Source of the DNA: Chrysemys picta bellii
Taxonomy: Eukaryota
Length of the DNA: 64,000 nt
Assembly (NCBI RefSeq): GCF_011386835.1
Contig: NC_088796.1
Span: forward strand, 17,236,001-17,300,000
Direction of reading: 5' to 3'
In this document: positions 1-11,392 of the stretch, one piece after another
Numbering within the stretch: the stretch's first letter is position 1
How the letters are laid out: each line of letters opens with the position of its first letter
The notes under the pieces: generated by a model
What the model saw: only the letters and a program-made list of their open reading frames with translations
Databases searched by the model: none
Told to the model about the DNA's origin: nothing
Translations under genes and position numbers: made by a program

Positions 1-610
1 TCATCATCACTATCACTATCCTGGTCAGGTGATCAATAATAGATCCCTACTGTTATATTCTTATTAGAGCATGGAATTACTATCCATAGAGATTCTATGG
101 AACATGTGGATTCATTTAAGATTTTTACTTCATTTGATTCTACATTTTCTTTCATATATAGTGCCACTCCACTCCACCCCACCCGACCTGTTCTGTCCTT
201 CCGATATATTTTGTACCTCAGAATGATTGTGTCCCATTGATTGTCCTCACTCCACCAGGTGTCTGTGATGCCTATTATATCAATATTCTCCTTTAACTCA
301 AGGCACTCTAGTTCACCTATCTTATTATTTAGACTTCTAGCATTTGTGTACAAGCACTTTAAAAACTTGTCACTGTTTATTTGTCTACCCTTTTCTGAGG
401 TGTCAGATTCTTTTTTATGTGAATGTTTCTCATCTGATCTGGCCCTTACATTATCCTCTTCCATCCTCTCCTCCTGACTAAAACCTAGAGAATCTCTATC
501 AATAGATTCTCTTCTAAGAGAAGTCTCTGTCCAATCCACAAGCTCCTCTGCAGCAGCTTTCCCCCATCTCTTAGTTTAAAAACTGCACTGCAACCTTTTT
601 AATGTTAACA
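1..610 (-). mobile_element. CR1 LINE fragment, ORF2 N-terminal APE endonuclease region (runs off the window start)
   Basis: ORF 33..539(-) contains LKCLYTNARSLNNKIGELECL..DIIGITDTWW..YKIYRKDR..GVALY, the CR1 ORF2 endonuclease start; a TGA replaces the expected Arg after GIYY. Confidence 0.92.
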
Positions 611-689
611 GCTGGGGATGAATCCCTCTGGGAATGAATGAAGGGGATAGGTGGTTATTATGTATTAATTATCTGTTAGGTGGTAGCAC

Positions 690-780
690 ATGGGGCCCTG
701 CAGCTATCATGGCCCCATTGTCCGAGGTACTGTACAAACCTAGAGTAAGAGACAATCCCTGCAATGAAGAGCTAAGACTA
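690..780 (-). mobile_element. L2-type 3' tail remnant
   Basis: ggccccattgt..gtactgtacaaac..agagacaatccctgc..gagct resembles the reverse complement of amniote L2 tails also seen at 25960-26060 and 54650-54850. Confidence 0.4.
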
Positions 781-1884
781 GAACTGGTTTGTGGAGGAAA
801 TTTAGAGTAAAAATGGACCGTGGTTTCCCGTTAAAAGGAGGACAGGAGAAACATGCAATGTGCCTGGTCTATGATAAAGCAGGAGATGTCTCGACTTGGA
901 GTGGAAAGGTAGATGTTCCCATAAAGTGGGATTTTCAAAGGAACCCTAAAGGAGTTAGGTGAATTTTAATAACTCCCTGTGCACTGAAATTCAAGTCCTA
1001 ACTCGTGAAGGCTTCTTTGCAAATGCCAGCCCTAGAGTTCTCAGCCAGCATGAAGTGTCTTGTATTCACCTCTGGCCAGTGGACCAAGCACAGTAAACCT
1101 CTCAGTAGCTCTTATGCACTCCTGTGACCTGCTACTGTAGGTTTGGCGGCTCTGTCTGAATTGATCCTCTTTGGAAACACTTATTCATGTCAGTCGTTTT
1201 TATGCATGTGAGTATTCTCACTGAAGTCATGGGTGAGTCAAGTCCGCTCAGATAAGAGATTGCAGTGCCAGCTCTGTAATTCAGCTGCAATACAAGTACC
1301 AATGTTTCCCATTTATAATTAAGTTTAATTTTCCCCTGTGCCTTTCTTGACCTTGCATGATGTATTTTCCATCAAGAAAAGAAATTTCTCTTTTTATACT
1401 GAATCTTCCCCCTCATGTGTGTGTAAAAAAAAACAAAGCAAAAAAACTCCACAACAAAAAACACTAGTAAGAAACAGTTTGCCAGAAATGAGGGGGACTT
1501 AAAATATTTCTTGTGTTGTTTTGTGGCCCTCAGAAGAAAATCACTGGGATTTTATTCATGCTGAAATACAAGGCTTTTTCACATTCATGTCTGAGACCTA
1601 TTAAACCCTGATGATAGGTTTTGGGTAGGTGGCAAGGCAAACTACAAAGTACAGGCTAACTGACTGGCAGATAAATGCCAAGATCCCCCGCTGAACTAAT
1701 CTTGGAGTAGTGTCGGTTGCTTCCTCTTTTGAATTGCTTGAGACTATACACACCATACTGACTGCTCTTCTATAGAAAGATAGCTGTTCAGATACACTAA
1801 AGAAGCTGTTTCTATCAGTTCCTTGGATTCATCTTTCTGGCGTTATTGGCTGTCTTCCAATGGAGATCCCCTGCCTCGGAGGGT

Positions 1885-2090
1885 ACAATTACGCTGTAGC
1901 TGGAACTGTACTTCCCAGCTCAAGTAGACAGACATGCGCTAGCTCTGCGTGAGATCCCAAGTACAGAGCTGAGCTGCTAGTCTGAGCCGGAGCCCAGGCT
2001 AGCCCTGTCTACACTGCTGGTTTTGGCATGCTAGCTCAAGCACAGCTAGCGCATCTGTCTACTTGAGCTGGGAAGCATGTTTCAGTTGCA
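1885..2090. mobile_element. Palindromic non-autonomous DNA transposon (Harbinger-like MITE)
   Basis: Perfect 22-bp inverted repeat, cttcccagctcaagtagacaga (1911-1932) vs 2054-2075; internal tgtctacact motif. Confidence 0.6.
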
Positions 2091-2534
2091 GGGTTGGCTG
2101 TTTGGCACCCGTTTCTTCCTGCCAATCTGACTGCTAATATCTGTGATAGTGGCAGTAGCAACAGCAATGGTCCTATACATTGCTGCCTGTTATGGTTAGT
2201 TTTTATGTAATACATGTTACAGTTTTGTAATAAAAACCAAAATGTTCTATCATGCCTCCCTAAAGCTAGGCACTGAACTTCATGTTTAAGTATCTAAGTA
2301 ACTAAGAACCTTCAGCTCCCATTGACTTTGATGTAAGCTGCGGTTTTGCATTATCTCTGAAAATCACGCCACTTATTTAGGTGTTTAAATATAGATTGAG
2401 GTGCCTAACTTTAGGTACCCAAGTCTGCAAATTTTGTTGTGAGCATCTAGTTGCCATAGTAACATGCACTGTAAATAAAATTAACCCATTTCTTCCTACC
2501 CAAGATATTTGTATGCCCCCACCCCCCCCATTAG

Positions 2535-2710
2535 CACCTGAGCGTCTCACAGTCCTTAATGTATTTATCCTCTGTGAGGTAGGGAAGTGCTATTATCCTC
2601 TTGGTACAAATGGAGGACTGAGGCACACAGAGACTAAGTGACCTTGGACAAGGTCACTTAAGATGTCTGTAGGTCTCCCAGTTCCCAGGCTAGTGCCATG
2701 AACACAGGAC
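2535..2710 (-). mobile_element. CORE-SINE (MIR-like)
   Basis: tattatcctc..acaaatggaggactgaggcacacagagactaagtgaccttggacaaggtcac is the reverse-complement CORE domain. Confidence 0.7.
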
Positions 2711-2789
2711 TATCCTTCCTCCTCAACTCTTACACCTCCCCCAAGTATATATTACCACCTCTTATCTGTATCCTAACTTGTGGATCTAC

Positions 2790-3950
2790 TGTGCCTTGTA
2801 TTGTCAGATGTTGGTTGCGTGTGTGTGTGTGTTCTCTCTGTGTTCTGTCCCAACTCTGTGCAGACAGCTAACACAGCAGACCTTGATCAAACCACCCAAT
2901 AAAACGACAGACCTGATTTAGTAGCTAAGGCACCCAGCCAGGTTTATTGTTACTGAAGCATGGTACTAGTATCCCATAGACTCTACAGGACCACTAACGC
3001 ATATGTATGCCCATTACAATGGACCAGCTCAGTCAATGGTGGGACTTTCCACTGACCCCTAGGCCAGCCAAAGACACTCCCTCTGAGATACCTCTTTGTA
3101 CACCAATACAAACAAGTATTAGCTACCACCCTCTACCTTGTGATTAGCTAACACCCCTCTATCTTGTACATGTTGGTTCTATTAAAACATCTCTATCACA
3201 GTCATCCTGACCTTATTTTTGAGAGGTCAATGTATTCTTGTTATCCTTGGGGGTTGGGGGGTGGGGAGCGGAATCTGTTGGTATTGGGGTGTTCTGGTAC
3301 CACCCTTCTGGAATGTGTTTTTGAGAGTGTCCTGTGCCTTGCACTTCTCAGGAATGTGTGTGTTTTTGCAGTACCAGCTCTGCTCTTGCCAGGTTTTGTG
3401 TGCCTGCACGCAGGCAGAGCCTGACTTCTGCTCACAGCCTGTCTCTTGCTAACTTTGATTTATATTAGGAAGGCTTGATCCCCTTTAGTTCAGGCCTCAG
3501 GCCAGACCTCTGATAAAGGGGTGATGTCTCAGGCTCCTTTCCTACTACATTCCCCCACATTTTTGTCTTTTTATAGGGAGGATGTTTACCCATCATCCCG
3601 GAAAAGCATAATGCATGGAAAAACATAATGCATGAAGATGACCCAGTGGGCTAAACTGGGGTGGTTCACCACTGCAGTCCCCCAGTGGTAGCTCCAAGAG
3701 ACATTGGTGCACTCCAGTGCATATAGGAAGCACGGCTATTGGTTCACCCCTTCAGGTGGTGCAGCATGCACTCTCCTCTGGAGATGGCCATCTCCTCGGG
3801 CTGGTGAGGAGGAGGGTGAATTTATGACTCTGCCTTATCCTCTATCTCCCCACCCCCTTTGACATGATTGGTAGGGCAAGATGTGCTAGTCCCACTCAGC
3901 GAGTGCAACAATGGTGATTGTGACTAATCCACAGCATTAGGAAATGGAAT
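2790..3950 (-). mobile_element. ERV-like 3' LTR (about 2790-3549) with polypurine tract and 3' internal remnant
   Basis: Minus strand reads aaaagacaaaaatgtgggggaa|TGTAGTAGG (PPT then TG LTR start at 3549); AATAAA on the minus strand at about 2943-2948 (plus ggtttattg). Confidence 0.55.
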
Positions 3951-5039
3951 AAATATACAGCTCTGATAAAGATCACTGTCTACATTGGTGTCTGGAGGAT
4001 ATTGTTCCTAGTAAGTTTAACTTACTGTTTTAGTTATTGCAGTGTCTGATATTGTATTCCGTATATTACTTTATCTATTTTCTGGTCAGATGGGATAATA
4101 CTCACTAGTATTAACCCCTACTGTTCCTGTGCGTGTTGGAAGGACTCAGTGGGCAGCAGGACAAAGATCTGGCATGTGCTGAAAGTTTAAAGCTATTTCC
4201 AAACTGCTTGTAACACACTTTTTTATTTTGGGGGGGGGTAGGGGGGAGCGGAAGGGAGAAAATGTCATTGCTAGTTTTCCAGGCTGCTACTTTTAAACTT
4301 ATCCTGCCAGTGTCACTCAAACATGCAAGTCTACCCTGCCACGGTCTATCAACTTCTCTTGGAGAGCTGTGTCAGTGCAACTGGCAATGAACTAGAATTT
4401 TCATCTTCCAGCTCGTGCAGATGAATTAAATAAGTTGTTTGAATGTTAAATTCACCTCTGGACCTCTAATTATCATCACATCTAACATGATAGACACATT
4501 GTTTTGACACTTATTGGTTTAAAACAAAAATGTGCTATAATGATCAGGCACAGAAGTGGATCCAAGTTCTTGAGGAGGGTTGTATGGCTTAAATTCAGCA
4601 ATGATGGCGCTGTAAGCAAGACTGGCTTTTATTGGAGTACATAGACGAGATGAGAGAGCCAATGTTTAAAATGCTCTTAGAGTTTGGAGGCACAGTAGTT
4701 TGTGGGTACTAAAATATCACACTGAGATTTTACTTTATCTGTTGGCTAAAAAAATAGTTTCTTTAGCGATGTGAAGAAAATAATCTCTTCTCACTAGTCA
4801 TGGGTGAAAATGAATAACTGACTGGCAGCACATTATGTTAAGTGGTTCCTCCTAGTCTGATTGAAATACAGGTCAACCAGCAACTGATTCGAGAACAACA
4901 CGAGCAAACCCTTCTTACCAACTTCCCTGAAATCTCCTATTCTTCAAACATAATCCTGGTATTCTTCAGGCTCCATGGTGGTAACATCTCGCATACAGAA
5001 TCAAAGCGTTCTGTAGCTCTTACCCATGAAGGTTCCTCT

Positions 5040-5194
5040 GTTTTTCCTTTCTTTTTTTCTTTATTGAATGTACACTATATAAAAATACTCGCCGCCTGGA
5101 GTTTTGAAAGTTGGATCACAGAGACATAACATTGACCTTCTTTCCCTACATACTTCTACAGTCTGGCTATTTGAAGCCTTAACCACTCCATTTC
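5040..5194 (-). other. Candidate terminal exon of an unidentified minus-strand transcript
   Basis: Acceptor ttttttcttaaacaatacag|G; frame EMEWLRLQIARL*; AATAAA about 95 nt after the stop (plus tttatt at about 5060). Confidence 0.22.
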
Positions 5195-5376
5195 CTGTAT
5201 TGTTTAAGAAAAAATTGTCATGGAAACTTTTACAAAAGAAAATTTTCATTATCCTGGAACAATGTAGCTGGGGAAATAATCACTGGTAATTAGCACAGAA
5301 ACCTTGCTAGGAAACATAATGCAGCAGTTTATTCTCTCCTACACATCATACATATCACATGATTCCTCATACTTAC

Positions 5377-5401
5377 CTTAAAGCCAACACAACAGAGCAG
5401 C
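5377..5401 (-). other. Candidate 25-nt micro-exon
   Basis: Acceptor cctattttcttttag|G and donor AAG|gtaagt; encodes LLCCVGFK and joins in phase to the 5194 exon. Confidence 0.25.
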
Positions 5402-6348
5402 CTAAAAGAAAATAGGAAGTCTAAAAGGGCCAAACAGTGAAAGCTAGGAGACCTTCCAAATTGAATCGATGCCTGTTTCCTTTATACTAGCATAGAAAGA
5501 CTTTGCGATTCTTATATGTATAATTTTTTTCAAAGCAAACCTTTCCAGTCTCTTTTATTCTAAAATATCTGTGCCAGAAACCCTAGAGCACAAAGATGGT
5601 GCTGCCAATATTTTAACAAGGAGCTTCAAACAAAAGTGTCCCCCCCACAGCCTGTGATAAACCCCTGTGTGCTCCTATAGACAGGGAGCTTGTTTCCCCC
5701 CCCATTTAAAAAAGCCCTTTCTCCTAGGGGGATGGTGACACCACTGGGCAAGCAGACATATGTTTAACAGACTTGCTGGAAATATTCCCACCTTGTACTT
5801 GAAAAATACAGTGAGTGTATTGAGGATACCCCACAGTGTTTAGTTGTATCTCCGGGGGTCCCATAAATATCGACCCTGGGAAATCATTTGCAAATACCCG
5901 CCATTTGGTGCAATCTGTTCCATTCCAAAAGCAAAAGAAAATTTGCTCTTCAGAGAGAATCCTAGGAGCCTCAGGGATAAGCCATCTCTGGCAGTGATGA
6001 GTTGGCAATATCCAGGCAGGGAGGATTAACTTCATCAGGAGCAGGGAAATCAACTCAACCTTCCTAATTTGGTGGTGGGAGTTGAATCAGGAGTTCCCAG
6101 GAGTCTCCTCCTCACATCACACCAGGAACAAGCTGGAAAAGAGGACATTGATCATACACAGCAAAGGGAAAAGAAAGGACTCTACGTTTAAAATAAAAAA
6201 AGCTTCTTGATTATGTCCTTTTAAGTGTTTTGCATAAACACAATGGAGATTATGGCAGACTATGGTGAGAATGACACTGTACCACTTTCACCTTCCCATT
6301 TGAAATTTGGTGCTCATCTTTGCTAGGAAAACACTTCTTTGCCATAGT

Positions 6349-6977
6349 TAGGGCTCTACCAAATTCATGGTCCATTTTGGTCAATTTCACGGTCATAGTA
6401 TTTAAAAAAACCATAAATTTCATGATTTCAGCTATTTAAACCTGAAATTTCATGGTGTTGTAATTGTAGGGGTCCTCACCCTAAAAGGAGTTGTGGGGAG
6501 GGGTCGCAGGGTTATTGTAGGGGATGTTGCGGTACTGCTACCCTTACTTCTGTGCCGCTGCTGGGGGCAGTGGTGGCTGCTGGCTGGGATCCCATCTCTG
6601 AAGGCAGAGCCGCCACCAGCAATAGCACAGAAGTAAGGGTGACATGGTAGGGTATTGCCACCCTTACTTCTGCACTGCTGCTGGCGGGGCGCTGCCTTCA
6701 GAGCTGGGCGGCCAGCTAACAGCCGCCGCTGTCTGCCGCTCAGCTCTGAAAGCAGCACAGAAGTAAGGGTGGCAATCCCGCAACCCCTAAAATAACCTTG
6801 TGACCCCCCCGGCAACTCCCTTTTGGGTCAGGACCCCAATTTGAGAAATGCTGGTCTCCCCCATGAAATCTATATAATATAGGGTAAAAGCACACAAAAG
6901 GCCAGATTTCACAGGAGACGACCAGATTTCTAGGTCCGTGATGTATTTTTCATGGCTGTGAATTTGGTGGGGCCCTA
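6349..6977. mobile_element. hAT non-autonomous element (TAGGG-type TIR)
   Basis: TIRs tagggctctaccaaattca / tgaatttggtggggcccta; degenerate 8-bp TSD gccatagt / gtaatagt; internal cccttacttctg motif repeated three times. Confidence 0.8.
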
Positions 6978-7029
6978 GTAATAGTCAGTCTCAGATGTTT
7001 TCTGGTGATAATGCTGTACAAGCAGGAAA

Positions 7030-7325
7030 AAAAGGGCATAATAATGAAATCCATTGATTGGAAGATGAAGCTAGACAAATTCAGACTAGAAATAAGGTGC
7101 ACATTTTTATTACTGAGTGTATTTTACCATTGGGACAACTTATCTATGGACACTGGATTCTCTTGAAGTCTCTAAATCAAGACTGTATGTCTTTCTGAAA
7201 GATGCTATAGTTCAAAAAGAAATTATGAGCTTAATGCAAAAATGACTGAGTGAGGTTTTATGGCATGTGTCATGCTGGAAGTCAGACTACATGATCATGG
7301 TCTCTTTTGCCCTTAAAAACTACAC
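7030..7325 (+). mobile_element. Old CR1 3' end
   Basis: gaagctagacaaattcagactagaaataaggtgcacattttt..aaatcaagact..gtcagactacatgatcatggtc..gcccttaaaaac. Confidence 0.7.
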
Positions 7326-7500
7326 AACCAATGGACCACTCTATTGACACATTTGGATTTTGATGTAGTGGATCCAAACATGCTCTTCTTCTATTTCCTA
7401 TTCACAAGACACTTTGGTATACCGACCACCCCAACAGAAGAAATGGATGGAGCAGAGGTTAGAGCACTTGTGTTGGAAATGCTCTTGTGAGTCAAATTTA

Positions 7501-7701
7501 GGGCTTGTCTATAGGGGGAAGTTATTCCAGAAGAAGGTAGTGTGTGAATTTAAAGCAAAATAGGTATTCTGGAATACCTCCTGGTGGGAACACTTTTATT
7601 CCAGAATAACTGTGTCCACATGGAGAGCTATTACAGATTAGCTATTGTGGAATAGTTTATTCCACAATAGCTATTGTCAATTTCTCCATGTAGGCAAGCC
7701 C
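7501..7701. mobile_element. Harbinger-like MITE
   Basis: TIRs gggcttgtctata / tgtaggcaagccc; TTA immediately to the left; internal ttattccagaataa palindromic motifs. Confidence 0.6.
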
Positions 7702-8189
7702 CGAGCATGACTGAGTTTTTGAATTTCACAGATCTCTTTAGTGAAGCAGATGTTCTTCTCTATGTTAAAATCTGCAAGGTCTTGCCAAGAGAAACTGTTT
7801 TGATTTTTGGACAGCTTCACAAATCTGGGCTGTCATTTCTTTGAAACAGAGCTGAATGGTTCTTGCTGCAAAAGGAATTTTCTATTTTTCCAGAAAGCCT
7901 TCCTTCTATTTTGATTGGATTGGCTGTTTCCACAGGGTGGACTTACATCTTGAGACAAACCCATAGCCAGCTCCATCTGCCAGTTTTGCTTACTGAGGTG
8001 CCAGAGGGAAAAATCCAGTCTGATACCTACAAGTAGGACTCCTGCTCTTCATAGTTATTGAAAATGAGTGCAGAGGTATTGGGTACAATTGGTTACAATG
8101 ATTAATGTTTCCTTAAGGGAGGACAGGATGCTGATTTCAGACTAATAAGTAAATACAGTATTAGGGTTTTGCTCAAGAAACCCCCCTGA

Positions 8190-8980
8190 CACGGTTATTC
8201 ACACCAATATCAATTTCTTTATCCCTAGTCTGACTCTTTTTGGACAAGGCAGTTGATACGGCAGCCAGTGCAGGCATCATCCTGAATCCTGAGGTTTTCT
8301 TGATCTTTTCTGGATGGGTTTAAGGTCTGGATATAGTAAAGACACTGAATTGGTCACTGAGGTTGATCTTCTAGTGATGGATGCAAATCAGAGGTCTATG
8401 CTGATTCTTTTAAATCTGTCAGCAACCTTAGATTTCACAGACCATGCAGGGGAGAACAGGGTTGCAGTTAAGGGATTCCATCCTCCCAGAGGATAAGGTT
8501 AGTTAATTATGCTCCATCTAAAGGGAGGGGTCTCATGCAGAGTCACCTCCTCAGTATGTTCAATGTATATTTGAGAGGGCTGGGAGAGAGTGAGCTGGCT
8601 GTAGACCAGTGTTTCTCAACCTGCGGCCCACGGGTTACTTGCAGCCCAATCAGCACACAGCTGTGGCCCATGTGACATCCCCAAAGCCATACAGGTAATA
8701 TATATATTGTGTGGATGTGGTCCATGTAACACACAGAGAGCTGCCTATGCGGCCTACCATTGTCAGTCAGAATGAATGCACTGAATGCTGGAGGAAGGAG
8801 GGACAGTGTTGTCAAATCAATTACTTGTGGACCAATCAGTTCATTTTAAGCTTAACTGATGTATTCAGGTCAATGCCCAAGAAACTACGTTTCTGCCCCT
8901 ACCTAGCACAGCTAGTCTTCATTGTATGTCATTTACCCTGATGGTGGCTTACTAAGAGCTCAGATACTGTCATTCAAATC
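8190..8980 (+). mobile_element. L2 LINE reverse-transcriptase fragment, interrupted by a MITE
   Basis: ORF 8314..8496 GLRSGYSKDTELVTEVDLLVMDANQRSMLILLNLSATLDFTDH aligns to the L2 motif GFRPGHSTETAL..DDLL..D....LILLDLSAAFDTVDH. Confidence 0.7.
8607..8755. mobile_element. Truncated hAT (Charlie/Buster-type) MITE end
   Basis: Begins cagtgtttctcaacctgcggccc; the preceding 8 nt ctgTAgac fit the nnnTAnnn target; right end not seen. Confidence 0.6.
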
Positions 8981-8984
8981 AGCT

Positions 8985-9052
8985 CATAGAATAGAATAGG
9001 ATAGAATAGAATAGAATGGAAGGGACCTCAGGAGGTCATCTAGTCCAACCCC
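8985..9052 (-). mobile_element. CR1 3' terminus with expanded (TTCTA)n tail
   Basis: (ataga)n at about 8989-9015 followed by ggaagggacctcaggaggtcatctagtccaacccc. Confidence 0.8.
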
Positions 9053-9321
9053 CAAATACAGTTATTTTCTTTCTTTATTAGATCAAATAGTCTTAATTAG
9101 TTAAGTTAATTAATAAATGCATTAATAAATGCACATGACTATTTATTAAAAAATAATTTCCACACAGAAAAAAAAAGCAGTTTCAACATTTCACATCTGC
9201 ATGTAGTGGGTAGCCTTTGAAAAAATCTACAGTAGTTATTCTGAAAAAGGGAATGAAAATCAGTCTTCATTTTAAGTTATTGGTTGTTTTCATTTCAAAC
9301 TATGGCCTGCAGACTTGCTAC

Positions 9322-11020
9322 TAGAGCGGGGCAAAAAATGGGTTTTTCAGTTAATTGGTAATTATGAAAAGGCAAGAAAAAAAGAAAATTAGCTTCAAGT
9401 TTAAACTGAAAATGTTGAAATTTTTGGCAAATTGAAGTAAAAAAATGTTCATGTTGGGTTGAATGGAACTTTCATTTCAGCCTAACTTCAGTATCTGGGA
9501 AGATACTGGAACACATTATTAAACAATCCAATTGTAAGCACATAGAAGATAATAGGATAAGTAATAGCCAACATAGATTTGTCAAGAACAATTCATGCCA
9601 AACCAACCTAATTTCCTTCACTGACAGTTTGCAGGCCTAGTGGATGGGGGAAAGCAATAGATGTGATATATCTTGACTTTAGTAAGGCTTTTGACACAGT
9701 CCCATATGACACTCTAATAAACAAACTAGGGAAATGAGGTCTAGCTGAAATTACTATAAGATGGATTCACAACTGGCAGAAAAACTGTATTCAAAGCGTA
9801 GTTATCAATGGTTCATTGTCAAATTGGGAGGACCTATCTAGTGGGGTTCTATAGGGCCCTGTCCAGGGTCTGGTACTAGTCAATATTTTCATTAATGACT
9901 TGGAAAATGGAATACAGTGTGGGCTTACAACATTTGTTGAGAGGGGTTGCAAGCACTTTGGAGGACAGGATTAGAAATTAAAATCTTCATAAATTGGGGA
10001 ATTGGTCTGAAAGTAACACAATGAAATTCAATAAAGACAAGTGCAAAATACTGCATCTAGAAAGGAAAAATCAAATGCACATCTACAAAATGGGGAATAA
10101 CTGGCTAGGCTGTAGAACCACTGAAAAGGATCTGGGGGTTATAGTGGATCACAAATTGAATATGAACCAACAAGGTGATACAGTTGCAAAAAAGGTTATA
10201 CTCTAGGGTGTATTAACAGAAGTGCTGTATGTAAGACATGGGAGGTAACTGTTCTGCTTTACTCAGCACTGGTAAGGCCTCCGCTGAAATATTGTGTCCA
10301 GATCTGGGTGCCATACTTCAAGAAAGATGTGGACAAATTGGAAAGAGTCCAAAGGAGAGCAACAAAAACAATAAAAGCTTTAGAAAACATGATCTATAAG
10401 AAAAGTTAAAAAAATAAAAAGGGCATGTTTAGTCTTGAGAAAAGAAGACTGAGGGCAGGGGGAGCAGATAACAGTATTCAAATATAGTACGAGCTGTTCT
10501 AAAGAGGATGGTTTCTCTATGTCCACTAAAGATAGGACAAGAAGTAATGGACTTAATCTGCAGCAAGGGAGATTTAGATTATATATTGGGGGGAAAACTT
10601 TCTAACTATAAGGATAATTAAATACTGGAGTAGTCTTTCAAGGAAAGATGTGGAATCCCCATCATTGGAGGTTTTTAAGAACAAGTTAGACAAACACCTG
10701 TAGGGGATGGTCTAAATATACCTGGTCTGGCCTCAGTAGAGAGGGCTGGACTATATGACCTCTCATGTTCCCTTCCAGCCCAACATTTCCTACGAGTCTG
10801 TGGTTATAATAAATGTTTCATTTTCACAAAATCAAAACATTTTGTCTAAATTTTTACCATTTTCAAACATTTTTGATTTTTTTTAAATGAAATGTAAAGA
10901 AACATTAAAGGAAAAAGTCATTTCAAACTGAAAAATTGAAATATTTTTATTTCAAAAATGTAAAACCTTTTGGAATCAACATTGTCACCAAAAATCTTCA
11001 GTCTGAAAAATTTCAGCCAG
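9322..11020. mobile_element. AT-rich hAT-like MITE split into 9322-9490 and 10800-11020 by a CR1 insertion
   Basis: tagagcggggcaaaaa start and aatttcagccagcc end; A/T-run-rich body on both sides of the CR1. Confidence 0.4.
9490..10800 (+). mobile_element. 5'-truncated CR1 LINE (RT domain plus 3' UTR), with stops and frameshifts
   Basis: Translates to KNNSCQTNLISF..DVIYLDFSKAFDTVP..LFINDL-like segments; ORF 9994..10206 KFNKDKCKILHL..EKDLGVIVDHKLNMNQQ; CR1 3' end at about 10745-10795. Confidence 0.93.
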
Positions 11021-11392
11021 CCTTTTATACCACCAGGTTTTGTGTCAGAACTCCCAAGTAAAGTAAGCCAGGGCTACCTGGCTTGGGTAGCAGGCCGCCA
11101 TGGGGATTCCCAGGATTCTGCAGGAAGCAGTGTGGATAATTCTATGGATAGCATTCTTCTCTTCAAGTTGGAGTAGTGGCCCACCTAATGCTGCATCAAG
11201 TCTCTGACAGTAAACCGTATCAGATGCTTTGATAGTGTAGAGAAACCCTGTAGTGAGCAATCTGTCTATTTGGGAAGTTTCTTCCTATACCCCATTAAGG
11301 GATAGCTTATGCCCTGAAGCATGATGGTTTATATACCCATTATTTTTATGTTTTATCCTATCTAGCCAGATTTAGATAGGATAAAAGGGTAA

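Noticed and set aside
4830-5060. Minus-strand frame ..EEYQDYV*RIGDFREVGKKG.. resembling DEAD-box helicase motif VI
   Set aside because: Three stops in the frame, the HRIGRTGR core is not matched, and no other helicase motifs are nearby; likely chance
5965-6040. Possible C/D snoRNA (CTGATGA..CTGA on the minus strand)
   Set aside because: Non-canonical C box and no terminal stem
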